From Opitutales bacterium (GTDB lineage Bacteria; Verrucomicrobiota; Verrucomicrobiia; Opitutales; PNEW01), in NCBI GenBank assembly GCA_965197745.1, contig CBDANS010000007.1, forward strand, positions 1,120,001 to 1,184,000: 64,000 bases of DNA. The letters run 5' to 3'. This document shows positions 10,781-20,650 of the stretch, in pieces. Position numbers and translations under genes: made by a program. The notes below the pieces were generated by a model. The model had not been told where the DNA came from. It ran no database searches and worked only from the letters and a program-made list of their open reading frames with translations. Numbering within the stretch: the stretch's first letter is position 1; each line of letters begins with the position of its first letter.

Positions 10781-10818
10781 ATAAGGCCATTTAAGGCGTT
10801 CACCTTAAAAATACCCGT

Positions 10819-10914
10819 TTACCGCTTACCCTGTATTATTGCCTTGAATTCTGCCCCGTCCTTGTCAGGCAATTTGATATGCAAAAGGAAGCTATCCGGG
10901 GGTAATTCCATCAA
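10819..10914 (-). pseudogene. Degraded receiver-domain remnant
   Basis: Manual translation LMELPPDSFLLHIKLPDKDGAEFKAIIQGKR* mirrors PDLVIMDLNLPDADGAELL...AITLQGK of the neighbouring regulator; the phospho-Asp position is His. Confidence 0.5.
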
Positions 10915-11069
10915 CCCTGCTTATATAGCCGAAAAATGAAGCGTCTGTATCAACCCATTTGACCCCGTAAAATTCAGATGTAATTTGATCAGGACTTGAG
11001 CGGTGTCTCGATCGGCTTCCCCTTAAAAACGCTTTTCAGGATATGACCTAAGCGTTGTGCCATTAAGCA

Positions 11070-11480
11070 TTAAGTTTGCTTGCTGAATTTATGCTTGTGA
11101 AAGACAGAACTGAAATAGTGTTTACCGCTCGTGACTTTTTTTATGGCGTAAACAATTTCTTCAATTCTCGACCCCTTAATTATATGACCATCCACTTTAC
11201 CTTGTAGGGTTATGGCGATAGTATCTTTGTCATCTTTAACTGAATAAAGCATGAATTTTGATTGAGGTAGATTGACTTTAAAATGATTCAAAAGTTCTGC
11301 TCCGTCAGCGTCGGGAAGATTTAAATCCATAATTACCAGGTCGGGATCAAGAACTATACATTCTTTCATCGCTTTCTGTCCATTATCAGCTGTCCCGATG
11401 ACAAAGTGCTCTGCGATACATTCCTTGACGACCATGGCAAGCATTTCCAGCTGATGTACGTTTTCTGCAATTATGTATAT
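11070..11480 (-). CDS. NarL-like receiver domain without HTH; 5' end irregular
   Basis: ADNGQKA, PDLVIMDLNLPDADG, IKG...AIKKV..GKHYFS. The frame extends 12 codons upstream of ATG 11444 (IYIIAENVHQLE) to a TAG; the nearby ATG at 11488 is out of frame. Confidence 0.75.
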   Translation of the reverse strand: MYIIAENVHQLEMLAMVVKECIAEHFVIGTADNGQKAMKECIVLDPDLVIMDLNLPDADGAELLNHFKVNLPQSKFMLYSVKDDKDTIAITLQGKVDGHIIKGSRIEEIVYAIKKVTSGKHYFSSVFHKHKFSKQT

Positions 11481-12123
11481 CTATCCATCAACGATTTGAG
11501 TAATAATGTGCGTTTAAAGGGTTTAAACAATAATTGTATTCCTGTTTGTACCAATAAAAAAACATGTTTATTTCCAATTAAAGCGGTAAACGGTACAAGT
11601 ATATAAATATTTTTTAGGGAAAGTTGGATTTAATCTTCGATCTAAACAGTTACTTTCAAACGTTTAAGAGTAGTTTTTAACGATTGAAGCTTATCATTAA
11701 CTAATGGCGCTATGCAACCCCTTAAAACCTGATTCCTTTTCTACTTTCAGGTGCTGGCCGGGGATGTTATAGAGAGAATCCACGATTACAGGCAATAGTG
11801 ATTGCGGTTGCGGACCCACGAGGAGTCTGAATCCGTCCGATTCGTTGAGAAACTGTTATTTTTCGGTGCATCAAATCCATCAGAGAACCTGTGGACCCCT
11901 TTTTTGAGAAAAACGCATATCTTGCGTTCTTCAGGTCCTGTCATCTACAGGATTTCCCGTAGAAGAATTACTAGAATATACCTATACAATTGCAGGTTTT
12001 CACGGATACCAAAAAGGGCTCCTCTATGAGATAATAGATGAAAAGCTAAAAATCAATTTTGAATAAGCAATCAACATGAACATTCATCAAACTCAATTTA
12101 ATAAATATCCCCGGAAGGAGAAT

Positions 12124-12574
12124 ATGTCAGCTCTGTCAGCCAGGGATGATAGCTTCACCGGGGATTCAGGCTTTACCCTGGTAGAGATGATAATGGCCGT
12201 AATGATAATGGCGGTCGTATTTACGGGGTCTTTTACATGCCTGGGGCAGGGCTTCTCGATCATTGAAAATGCAAGAGATACACCGGAGGTTATCGCAAGT
12301 CCTTCAGAGCGAACTCGAGGACTGCAGAAGCCTTAACTGGACGGCAATCGCGGGCATGGCAACACCGGCGACCTTTGAAGTGCAATCAAATTTCAGTGAT
12401 ACATTCGGTGATCGTTACACATGCACCCGTGTCATAGAAGATCTCAAAGCTGACCAGAAAAAGATTACGGTTACAGCCACCTGGACAGATTTAAAAGGAA
12501 AAAATCATGATCTGACTTATTTCACCTACATAACGAAAGAAGGGTTATATGACTACTACTACAAATCATTCTAA
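12124..12574 (+). pseudogene. Minor prepilin (PilV/GspI-like) split by a frameshift near 12280
   Basis: AGGAG RBS then ATG 12124; G|FTLVEMIMAV...IIENARD in one frame continues as RLSQVLQSELED.RSLNW...YDYYYKSF in the +1 frame. Confidence 0.8.
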
Positions 12575-13103
12575 TAAAAGAAGTAATTCTAAAAAAAGAG
12601 GTTATACCTTAATCGAAATCATGGTTTCGATGAGTATCATGTCTCTGGTTTTAACCGGAGTGACCTCAAGTTTTACATTTCTGACAAAAACCGCCCTGGG
12701 ACTGGGCAATTATGTGATCATGAATCAGGACAGTCGCGTGGGTTTGGAACTCTTATCCAGGGATATTCGAATGGCGAGTGACATCAATTTCATGGATGAT
12801 GATAATTTGACGATCACGGTGCCTGTTGGTGGCGGAGGAACTACGGTCATCGACTATTCCTACGAGGCAGAGCAAGGGCTCGTTAACCGCGAAGAAGGTG
12901 GAGAAACAACAACTATATTAAAAGATATAGAAGATTTTGATTTTAATTATTATACCTTCCTCAGCGTAGAGACTGCGAATATATTGGAAGTAAAGGAAGT
13001 ACAAGTTGAAGCTAAAATGGTAAAAGAAATTTATAACATGGAAAACACCAGCCACCTTATATCCGCGCGTTATTTAATGCGCAATAAAATCGTCAACAAC
13101 TGA
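12549..13103 (+). CDS. Minor prepilin (PilW/GspJ-like)
   Basis: KKRG|YTLIEIMVSMSI cleavage site, LSRDIRMA, C-terminal MRN. Confidence 0.88.
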   Translation: MTTTTNHSNKRSNSKKRGYTLIEIMVSMSIMSLVLTGVTSSFTFLTKTALGLGNYVIMNQDSRVGLELLSRDIRMASDINFMDDDNLTITVPVGGGGTTVIDYSYEAEQGLVNREEGGETTTILKDIEDFDFNYYTFLSVETANILEVKEVQVEAKMVKEIYNMENTSHLISARYLMRNKIVNN

Positions 13104-13110
13104 TAAAGTC

Positions 13111-14457
13111 ATGAATAAAAGCACATTTCCCGTAAAGAAAGATCGTGGATCAGCCCTCGTCGCGGCAATTATTTTTGCCTTATTAACAGGAGCCCTGGTT
13201 GGCAGTTTTCTAAAATTATCTTCCAACGAATATAGAAGTTCAGCTTCGGCATTTTATTATAATTCCCTGCTTAATCTTGCAGAGTCAGGAGCAGAAGAGG
13301 CAGCATGGTGCCTTAACAGCAATGACTGGGATGGGTGGGAAGAAAAGCTCGCCTTACACCAGTACGTGCAATTTGCCGATTTAGATGTGGGCCCTGATGT
13401 GGTCGGAGGTATCAGAGTCGTTGCCATAAACTATGACTCCGATACACCCACTCTCATTGTCGAGGGCAAAGCACAGTTGCCATCCAATAGAGCGATTGCA
13501 AAACAAATAGAAATTGAACTTTCGAAACGATCGCTGTTCGCCAATGGGTTGACGGCAAAAGATACCCTTACTTTTTCCGGGGGTAATGCCACTGTCGACA
13601 GTTATGATTCAAGCGTCGGCGAATATGACAGTTTTTTTAATCGCAATGACAATGGCAGTATCGCCAGTCTTTCGGTTGTTGTCGATGCGGTAGATGTCGC
13701 CAATGCGGACATCTATGGTTATGTAGCTACGGGTGGTTCCGACCCCGGAATAGGTCCGAATGGAAAAATTTATGGAGAAGACACCCCGGAAGAGGTGGAT
13801 GTCGATTTAAATCGGATTACCACCGATTTCTATGCCGAATTTAAAAATATCGATGCCCCGGCATTGGTCTCACCCGACACGGCGCTGGAAATAAGCGGCA
13901 CCCATACCATCGGTGACCAGAGTGGTTTTACGGAGGAACATTATCACCTGGATTCTCTGGATATAAATTCCAACGAGACGCTTATCATCGATGGCCCCGT
14001 TGTCATTGTTATCGATGATTTTGTCGATATAGATGGTGATATACAGATTACAGAATATGGTTCCGTAACTTTTTATGTCGAAGGTGATTTTGATATCGGG
14101 GGTAATGGTACTGTGAATAATACAAACTCACCCACGAGTTTTGTTCTCTACGGGACGAATGATACTCCTGGAGGACAGGAAATTAATTTACATGGCAATG
14201 GCGCAATGCGTGGAGCAGTTTATGCTCCCAATGCCGATCTCTCATTAAGTGGTGGCGGCAATTCAGGAGAATTTCTCGGGGCAGCCGTGGCCAACGAGAT
14301 ATCGATCAATGGCAATTATGACTTCCATTATGATGAACAACTGGAAAACTTTTTGGGGTCCGACCCCTCCTATAAAATGACATCATGGCGGGAGTTGATC
14401 GACAGCGCCGATCGTGTCCCCTTCGATGATATTGATAATTACCTGGCTACTCTCTAA
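13111..14457 (+). CDS. PilX/GspK-like minor pilin with large C-terminal domain
   Basis: RG|SALVAAII, LNLAESGAEEA, VDSYDSS, GAVYAPNA, FHYDE...SWREL. Confidence 0.85.
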   Translation: MNKSTFPVKKDRGSALVAAIIFALLTGALVGSFLKLSSNEYRSSASAFYYNSLLNLAESGAEEAAWCLNSNDWDGWEEKLALHQYVQFADLDVGPDVVGGIRVVAINYDSDTPTLIVEGKAQLPSNRAIAKQIEIELSKRSLFANGLTAKDTLTFSGGNATVDSYDSSVGEYDSFFNRNDNGSIASLSVVVDAVDVANADIYGYVATGGSDPGIGPNGKIYGEDTPEEVDVDLNRITTDFYAEFKNIDAPALVSPDTALEISGTHTIGDQSGFTEEHYHLDSLDINSNETLIIDGPVVIVIDDFVDIDGDIQITEYGSVTFYVEGDFDIGGNGTVNNTNSPTSFVLYGTNDTPGGQEINLHGNGAMRGAVYAPNADLSLSGGGNSGEFLGAAVANEISINGNYDFHYDEQLENFLGSDPSYKMTSWRELIDSADRVPFDDIDNYLATL

Positions 14458-14524
14458 TTTTATTCGAAAGCGAATTTGATCCACGGTGCGATAGGATCAA
14501 TTGCGGATATGGATAGAGCTAAGC

Positions 14525-15295
14525 TTATCGGGGCCGAAGCCTGAGTATTTCACTGCAAAGTTCATCGTATTCCTGCGCCCCTCGTGAGCTGCGCGCGTAT
14601 TGAAGAACAGTTTTAGCAGCCAGATTAGCCTGGTTGAGCGATTCGCTTTTTGAAATAACCGTTTTGAGAAGACGCCGTTTGTGTTTATCCAGGTGTTCTT
14701 CCACGAGGGAATTGGTGCGCGTCGTTCTACTGTCAAACATGGTTGTCAGGATACGGTAGGAGACTCCATCTTCATCGCGGAGTTCCTGGGCGGTTTCGAG
14801 GAGAGAATCTATTCCGTTTACCGCGCCTACTCCCGGTTGAACAGGAATGAGCAAAAGGTCCCCTGCGATGATGGCATTATAGGCGAGAATGCCGAGGACA
14901 GGGGGGCAATCAATGATAATGTATTCGTAATCTTCGACCAGCCACTCCAGAGCTCGTGAGAGGCGCTCTTCGCGGCGGATACGTGTCGAGAGAAGCTCTG
15001 CCGCTTCCGTGAGTCCCGAACCGGAAGGCACCAGTTCCAGATTTGAAATATCTGTTGTCATAACAGAACGAGGGGCCTGTGAGGGGCGGTCCATGATTAG
15101 ATCACTGACGCTTTTTTCAGGTTCTTCGTCGTGGAAACAACGGGTGGCATGCGCTTGAGGGTCCAGGTCGATGAGCAGGGTATTTCGGTCTCTGCCTGCC
15201 AGACAGGCAGCTAAATTAATCGCGGTGGTCGTCTTGCCGACACCCCCCTTGCTGTTGGTGATAGGAATTATAATGGCTTGATCTCTGGTTGTCAT
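14525..15295 (-). CDS. ParA/Soj-family ATPase
   Basis: Deviant Walker A KGGVGKTT, IDLDPQ, IIIDCPP. Confidence 0.93.
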   Translation of the reverse strand: MTTRDQAIIIPITNSKGGVGKTTTAINLAACLAGRDRNTLLIDLDPQAHATRCFHDEEPEKSVSDLIMDRPSQAPRSVMTTDISNLELVPSGSGLTEAAELLSTRIRREERLSRALEWLVEDYEYIIIDCPPVLGILAYNAIIAGDLLLIPVQPGVGAVNGIDSLLETAQELRDEDGVSYRILTTMFDSRTTRTNSLVEEHLDKHKRRLLKTVISKSESLNQANLAAKTVLQYARSSRGAQEYDELCSEILRLRPR

Positions 15296-15677
15296 TCGAG
15301 GGTATTCATCTTGGGTTCTTACTTTGCATCCGTCAAGCCGTCCATAAACACGAGTCCCTCATGATCTGCTCCGCGCAGCCTGGGGTTGGGAAAAATCCCA
15401 CGAGTGAGAGCATCTGGTCGAGATTAGCTCAATGTAGTCTATCTGTCCGTCCGATTAAAAGGGACTGATTCAGGTAATACAGGGGTAGGGACAGAGCTGT
15501 ATCTGTAATAATGGATACCTGATGACAGTTTATATCCTAAAAGGCAGTGGCGGAACCACAAGCACAGGGATAATTGAAAAAGACGGGTGGAATAATTGAC
15601 CACATCTATTAATGATTGACTTAGGGAATAGCGAAAGGCTTCTATACCCTATTAATTGAGACTCACCCTATCGATGT

Positions 15678-16169
15678 ATGGTTAATAAAATTACAGATGC
15701 CGTCAGTTTGAGTTTTCTGAAATCCCACGCATTATTCGGGGGAATTGAGGACGAAGACTTAATATTTTTCCTCTCTTTAATGGAACAGTTAAATTATCCA
15801 GCAGGTGATGAAATAGTTCGTGAAGGAGAAGTGGGAGACAGCCTCTTTTTAATTGTCGAGGGATCAGTGGAAATACTCAAAGAAGTTTCGACTTCCGCAG
15901 AACATTCAAAAGAAAAATTAGCCACCCTGGGAATGGGGGAAACCTTCGGTGAAATGGCGATAATTGATCTGCAAAAACGGTCTGCCACAGTTAAATCCTT
16001 GGAGGATACAATTGTCCTTAGTTTTTCACATAAAGATTTATTCAATATAACTAAGACCAATCCCAAAATATATACTATCATTATTATGAATTTAGCACGT
16101 GAGATCAGCAGGCGACTTCGCGTTATGGATGATCGCTATGCTATAGCCCTGTATTCACTTAAGCATTAA
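15678..16169 (+). CDS. Cyclic nucleotide-binding domain protein (no HTH)
   Basis: IVREGEVGDSLFLIVEGSVEI, FGEMAII...RSATV. Confidence 0.9.
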   Translation: MVNKITDAVSLSFLKSHALFGGIEDEDLIFFLSLMEQLNYPAGDEIVREGEVGDSLFLIVEGSVEILKEVSTSAEHSKEKLATLGMGETFGEMAIIDLQKRSATVKSLEDTIVLSFSHKDLFNITKTNPKIYTIIIMNLAREISRRLRVMDDRYAIALYSLKH

Positions 16170-16221
16170 TTATGATTAAGTGCCGACGGTATATTTTCGA
16201 ATTAACTTAATTAAGCAAAAT

Positions 16222-16695
16222 ATGGAAAAAGCAACATTTGGAGCAGGATGCTTTTGGGGGGTTGAAGCTACGTTCAACCAGGTAAGTGGTGTGATTTCAG
16301 CAACCGTGGGTTACACCGGTGGGACTTTAGAAAATCCTACTTATGAAGATGTCTGTTCACATCAAAGCGGGCATGCAGAGGTCGTAGAATTAGAGTACGA
16401 TCCGACCGTGGTCACTTATGAAGGTTTACTGGATATATTCTGGAAAATGCACAACCCCACTACAAGAAACCGACAGGGCCCCGATGTCGGGTCCCAGTAC
16501 CGTTCGGCAATATATTATCACACTCCTGAACAGCAATCTACGGCCCTCGCCTCGAAAGAAAAGCTTGAAGCATCGGGAACCTATAACAGCCCGATCGTCA
16601 CGGAGATAACAGCTGCTCCAAAATTCTATAGAGGTGAAGAATACCATCAGAAATATTACGAAAAACATGGCATCAGTCACTGTAGGATAAGCTGA
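16222..16695 (+). CDS. msrA: Peptide-methionine (S)-sulfoxide reductase
   Basis: [35 protein letters not shown]; likely start ATG 16222. Confidence 0.96.
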   Translation: MEKATFGAGCFWGVEATFNQVSGVISATVGYTGGTLENPTYEDVCSHQSGHAEVVELEYDPTVVTYEGLLDIFWKMHNPTTRNRQGPDVGSQYRSAIYYHTPEQQSTALASKEKLEASGTYNSPIVTEITAAPKFYRGEEYHQKYYEKHGISHCRIS

Positions 16696-16784
16696 AAGAA
16701 AATATTTATATGCGATTGTGCACACGGAAATAAATTTCTGTCTAATTGATTGTTTTTATTTTTATATATTCGTAGGACTATTAA

Positions 16785-17999
16785 ATGAGTCAACTTGCCC
16801 TTAAAGGAGGAGACCCCTTAGTCGGTGATAAAAGAATCGGAGTAAAATGGCCAATAGCCGATGACACGGATCGGGAGGCATTAAATCGCGTCCTCGAAAG
16901 CGATACCTGGTGCTCAGGAATGCATGAGAAACAAACGGACGCGGAAGTCGGCAAGTTCGAAATAGCTTTTGCTGAGTATCAAGGGAGCAAATATGGGTGC
17001 GCCGTGACTAACGGGACCACGGCACTCTATGTCTCACTACGCGCGGGAGGCATCAAACCGGGCGATGAAGTCATTGTTCCCGCAGCCAGTTTCGTCGCCA
17101 CCGCTATAGCCGTCACCTTAAACGAAGCGATCCCGGTTTTTGTAGACGTGGATCTGGAGACTAATGGCCTTTTGCCAAAAGCTGCCGAGAGCGCGATTAC
17201 GGAAAAAACAAGAGCGATGATACCTGTTCACTCCTGTGGCTATCCTGTCGATATGGATGCCATCGGGCAGCTGGCAGAAAAACATGATCTATTTATTGTC
17301 GAAGATTGTGCGCATGTTCATGGAACAATATGGGATGGGCATAAATTTCCGGTAAGCGATTTCGGGGCCTTCAGTTTCCAGGAGGGAAAATTGATGACTG
17401 CAGGTGAGGGGGGTATGGTGCTTACGGATAATTATGATCACGCCGACAGGATTCACGCCATGTGCACGCATGGCCGTGTTCATGGTCATCCTTTCGGTGA
17501 CTACCATGAACTTGGGACAAATTTTCGGATGAATGAATTCCAGGGGGCCCTACTTATGGCGCAATTCGCGCGGTTGGAAGACCAGAATAAGCACCGCGAT
17601 GCCAACGCCACTTATCTCACGAAACGTCTTGATGATCTTCCTGGACTTCGTGCAATCAAGCGCGATCCGCGTCTTACGCTCTGGGGATTTTACCATTGGA
17701 ATTTTAAATTTCTGCCTGATCTCTGGGAAGGCATTACCCGGGATCAATTCGTTGAAGCCGCGATGGCCGAGGGCTTGCCTTTGGGGCCGGGTATGCAGGT
17801 AGAACAGATGTTCGAGTGCCCGCTTTACGCTGAGGGGAAAGCTCCTTCACGCATACACGACTGCCCCAATAGCTATGCTTGGAAAGAGGAAGCGCTTAAT
17901 TTCAGCCATCGTGTTTTCCTGGGGCCGCGTGAAGACATGGATCTGATATTCGCAACTTTTAAGAAAATCTGGGATAACCGGGATGAGCTGCGGGCTTGA
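16785..17999 (+). CDS. DegT/DnrJ/EryC1/StrS PLP-dependent aminotransferase
   Basis: TNGTTAL, GDEVIVP, EDCAH, FSFQEGKLMTAGEGG (PLP lysine), NFRMNEFQ. Confidence 0.93.
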   Translation: MSQLALKGGDPLVGDKRIGVKWPIADDTDREALNRVLESDTWCSGMHEKQTDAEVGKFEIAFAEYQGSKYGCAVTNGTTALYVSLRAGGIKPGDEVIVPAASFVATAIAVTLNEAIPVFVDVDLETNGLLPKAAESAITEKTRAMIPVHSCGYPVDMDAIGQLAEKHDLFIVEDCAHVHGTIWDGHKFPVSDFGAFSFQEGKLMTAGEGGMVLTDNYDHADRIHAMCTHGRVHGHPFGDYHELGTNFRMNEFQGALLMAQFARLEDQNKHRDANATYLTKRLDDLPGLRAIKRDPRLTLWGFYHWNFKFLPDLWEGITRDQFVEAAMAEGLPLGPGMQVEQMFECPLYAEGKAPSRIHDCPNSYAWKEEALNFSHRVFLGPREDMDLIFATFKKIWDNRDELRA

Positions 18000-18020
18000 T
18001 CGATAGTCAGCAGACTTAAG

Positions 18021-18917
18021 ATGACCGACTCCACGATTAAGCCATATCGTAAAGGTAATCAAGGCACGCTTTCCAATGATCAGGTTAACTTTTATGACCT
18101 TGAAGGTTATCTCGTATTACCGTCTTTGCTCGATGAGAAAGATATGGCCGGTGTAATTGCTTCCATGGAGGAGCAAGTCGATGACATTGCCGATGACCTC
18201 TACCGGAGAGGAGTGATTAAAGATAAACGTGAACACAGTCCTTATGAATCGCGTTTAGCAGAGTTATTCGAGGGAAAAGAAGATGTGGAGTTCCTCAGAT
18301 ATGGTCGGGGCTGGCGCGATCGTCTGCCAGGTTACTTCGATTTAATGTCGAACCAGAAAATTTTAGATGTCATGGAATCACTCATTGGTGGAGAAATATT
18401 TTCCAATCCGGTGTATAATACGCGGCCAAAAGTTCCGGTTGTCGCCGCGGGAGTGGTGCCCTGGCACCAAGATAAATCATACTGGCTTAAATCGGATGCC
18501 GATCCCGTAATTACCGTATGGATTGCCCTGGTCGATGCGACTCGCGAAAATGGCTGCCTGCAGATCCTCCCGCGCTCTCATCTCAATGAAGTCCTTTCCT
18601 ATCATCGGGAATCCTATAGCGGCACACAGTACACGGAAATTGATCAAGAACATCTCAAAGATTGTCAGTCCTTGCCACTCCCCTTGAAAGCGGGTGGGGC
18701 CATCCTTTTTAACGACCGGTGCATTCACAATTCCACGCCAAACCTTAGTAAAACGGTACGCTGGAGTGTGGATTTACGTTACCAGCCTGCTGGTCAGGAC
18801 CCGATGATTGGGCATGGCATTGGTTTTCTTGCGCGTAGTCGTAAACATCCCGGACTTGTTGCCACGCTTGAGGATTGGCTCGCCTCACTAACTGAGCATA
18901 TTGCCCCCGGGAAATAA
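18021..18917 (+). CDS. Phytanoyl-CoA dioxygenase family Fe(II)/2OG oxygenase
   Basis: PWHQD, WIALVDATRENGCL, distal H in IHNS, R in VRWSVDLRY. Confidence 0.9.
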   Translation: MTDSTIKPYRKGNQGTLSNDQVNFYDLEGYLVLPSLLDEKDMAGVIASMEEQVDDIADDLYRRGVIKDKREHSPYESRLAELFEGKEDVEFLRYGRGWRDRLPGYFDLMSNQKILDVMESLIGGEIFSNPVYNTRPKVPVVAAGVVPWHQDKSYWLKSDADPVITVWIALVDATRENGCLQILPRSHLNEVLSYHRESYSGTQYTEIDQEHLKDCQSLPLPLKAGGAILFNDRCIHNSTPNLSKTVRWSVDLRYQPAGQDPMIGHGIGFLARSRKHPGLVATLEDWLASLTEHIAPGK

Positions 18918-19010
18918 CCTATTGGGGTTAACTAAAAGCTATTGCTTTATCACGCTTTTGGGATGATTTTATAGCTGAAAACCAGGATAAAATTATAAAA
19001 ATAGCGACAG

Positions 19011-19763
19011 ATGACGAAACTGAGCGTCAATCTTAACAAAATTGCCCTCTTACGAAATTCACGGGGGATTGACATTCCCGATGTTGTTAATGAAGGGCGT
19101 ATCTGTATTGATGCCGGAGCGCATGGTCTCACCGTTCATCCCCGCCCGGACCAACGCCATACCAAACCTTCTGATGTCTATGCTCTGTCAAAGCTGGTTT
19201 CCGAAAAAGACGGGATTGAATTTAATATTGAGGGCAACCCCTCTCAGGAATTCCTCGCACTTGTCAAAAAGGCTCAACCTGCGCAGTGCACCCTGGTCCC
19301 GGATGATCCCAACCAGCTTACTTCGGACCACGGTTGGGATTTAATTAATGATGGGGAGCCGCTGATTCCCATTATTAGAGAACTCCACGATTCAGGTATT
19401 CGCATAAGTGTGTTCATGGATCCGGTCGTGGAGCAGATCGAAAGAGCCAAGGCCATTGGGACGGATAGAATTGAGCTTTACACGCAACCATATGATGAGG
19501 CATATGGCGGCTCAAATGAGGATGAAGTGTTTTCTCAATTCGAAGCTGCGTCAAAGCACGCGCAATCGCTTGGATTGGGGGTCAATGCGGGGCATGACCT
19601 GAATCTGATGAACCTCGGTAAATTTTTAAAAATACCCGATATTCTTGAGGTTTCTATCGGTCACGCCCTGATAGCTGATGCGCTTCATTATGGATTGAAA
19701 AATGTTGTCAAAATGTATTTGAAAATTACCGAAACTGCAGCCAGTACCGCATTTGTTCCTTGA
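19011..19763 (+). CDS. pdxJ: Pyridoxine 5'-phosphate synthase
   Basis: LSVNLNKIALLRNSRG, TVHPRPDQRH, NIEGNP, NAGHDL, EVSIGH. Confidence 0.96.
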   Translation: MTKLSVNLNKIALLRNSRGIDIPDVVNEGRICIDAGAHGLTVHPRPDQRHTKPSDVYALSKLVSEKDGIEFNIEGNPSQEFLALVKKAQPAQCTLVPDDPNQLTSDHGWDLINDGEPLIPIIRELHDSGIRISVFMDPVVEQIERAKAIGTDRIELYTQPYDEAYGGSNEDEVFSQFEAASKHAQSLGLGVNAGHDLNLMNLGKFLKIPDILEVSIGHALIADALHYGLKNVVKMYLKITETAASTAFVP

Positions 19764-19801
19764 TGCTTTTGCTTTTGTAAAAAAAACCGCAGTTACGCTA
19801 G

Positions 19802-20602
19802 ATGCCGGAAGTCCCACCCATAGTCCCTTCTCAATTGAATCCCGATATCAGTCCGGAGTTATGGAGTGATGTGGAATTTTTTAAGAAGTGGGGGTATCTG
19901 ATTGTCGATAACGCTATCAGCGGGGATGAGGTGAATGTTCTACGCGAAGCTTTCGATGATATGCTCATAAGGGGAGAAAAGAAACGTGATACTAAGCTGA
20001 AGAAAAAGAAAGGCAGTAAGAATTTTATTAATGAACAGTTCACAAAGCAACTCCTCGAAGTGGACGACCGTTTTGCCTTTCTTTTAGACAATCCACCGGT
20101 CCTGAAATATATGAAAGCGATTTTAGGTAATTGCCTGCAACTCCACAGTGCCACGTCGCGAATTACCCATCCGGGTGATCCGGATCAGGACTGGCATCGG
20201 GATGGCCCTTGGCCCATGGACCCCGAAGGGACCCCTTTTGGGAGCATTCCCGGGCAAATAAATTGCCTTTATTTTCTCGATGATCTGACGATGAATATCG
20301 GACCAACTTTAATTGTCCCGGGAAGTCACCGCGTCCCTTTTGCACCGCCCGAAGGGCATCCCCGATTTCCTAATGAGAAGCATATTTTAGCTAAACCCGG
20401 CCAGGCGGTATTGATCGATGGGTGGATTTACCACCGGGGCACGGCCAATAAATCCCGAAAAAAACGAAGAGGATGTTATATGTGTTACCAGAATGCCTGG
20501 ATGAAATCGCGTGAAACTTTTGATGGTCCACGTATAAAAAAAATACGAGAACATGGAACGCCGGAGCAGCGATTATTACTTGGTGAAGTCAGGGCATGGT
20601 AA
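19802..20602 (+). CDS. Phytanoyl-CoA dioxygenase family protein
   Basis: GYLIVDNAI, DWHRD, GPTLIVPGSH, YHRGTAN..RR. Confidence 0.88.
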   Translation: MPEVPPIVPSQLNPDISPELWSDVEFFKKWGYLIVDNAISGDEVNVLREAFDDMLIRGEKKRDTKLKKKKGSKNFINEQFTKQLLEVDDRFAFLLDNPPVLKYMKAILGNCLQLHSATSRITHPGDPDQDWHRDGPWPMDPEGTPFGSIPGQINCLYFLDDLTMNIGPTLIVPGSHRVPFAPPEGHPRFPNEKHILAKPGQAVLIDGWIYHRGTANKSRKKRRGCYMCYQNAWMKSRETFDGPRIKKIREHGTPEQRLLLGEVRAW

Positions 20603-20650
20603 ATCTACAAAGTAGATAGAAAAGCGATCAATAATAGAGGATAAAATACA

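Noticed and set aside
11500..12075. c-di-GMP or other riboswitch upstream of the pilin trio; ORF 11802-12029
   Set aside because: No riboswitch consensus was recognisable by eye, and the ORF has no protein-like features.
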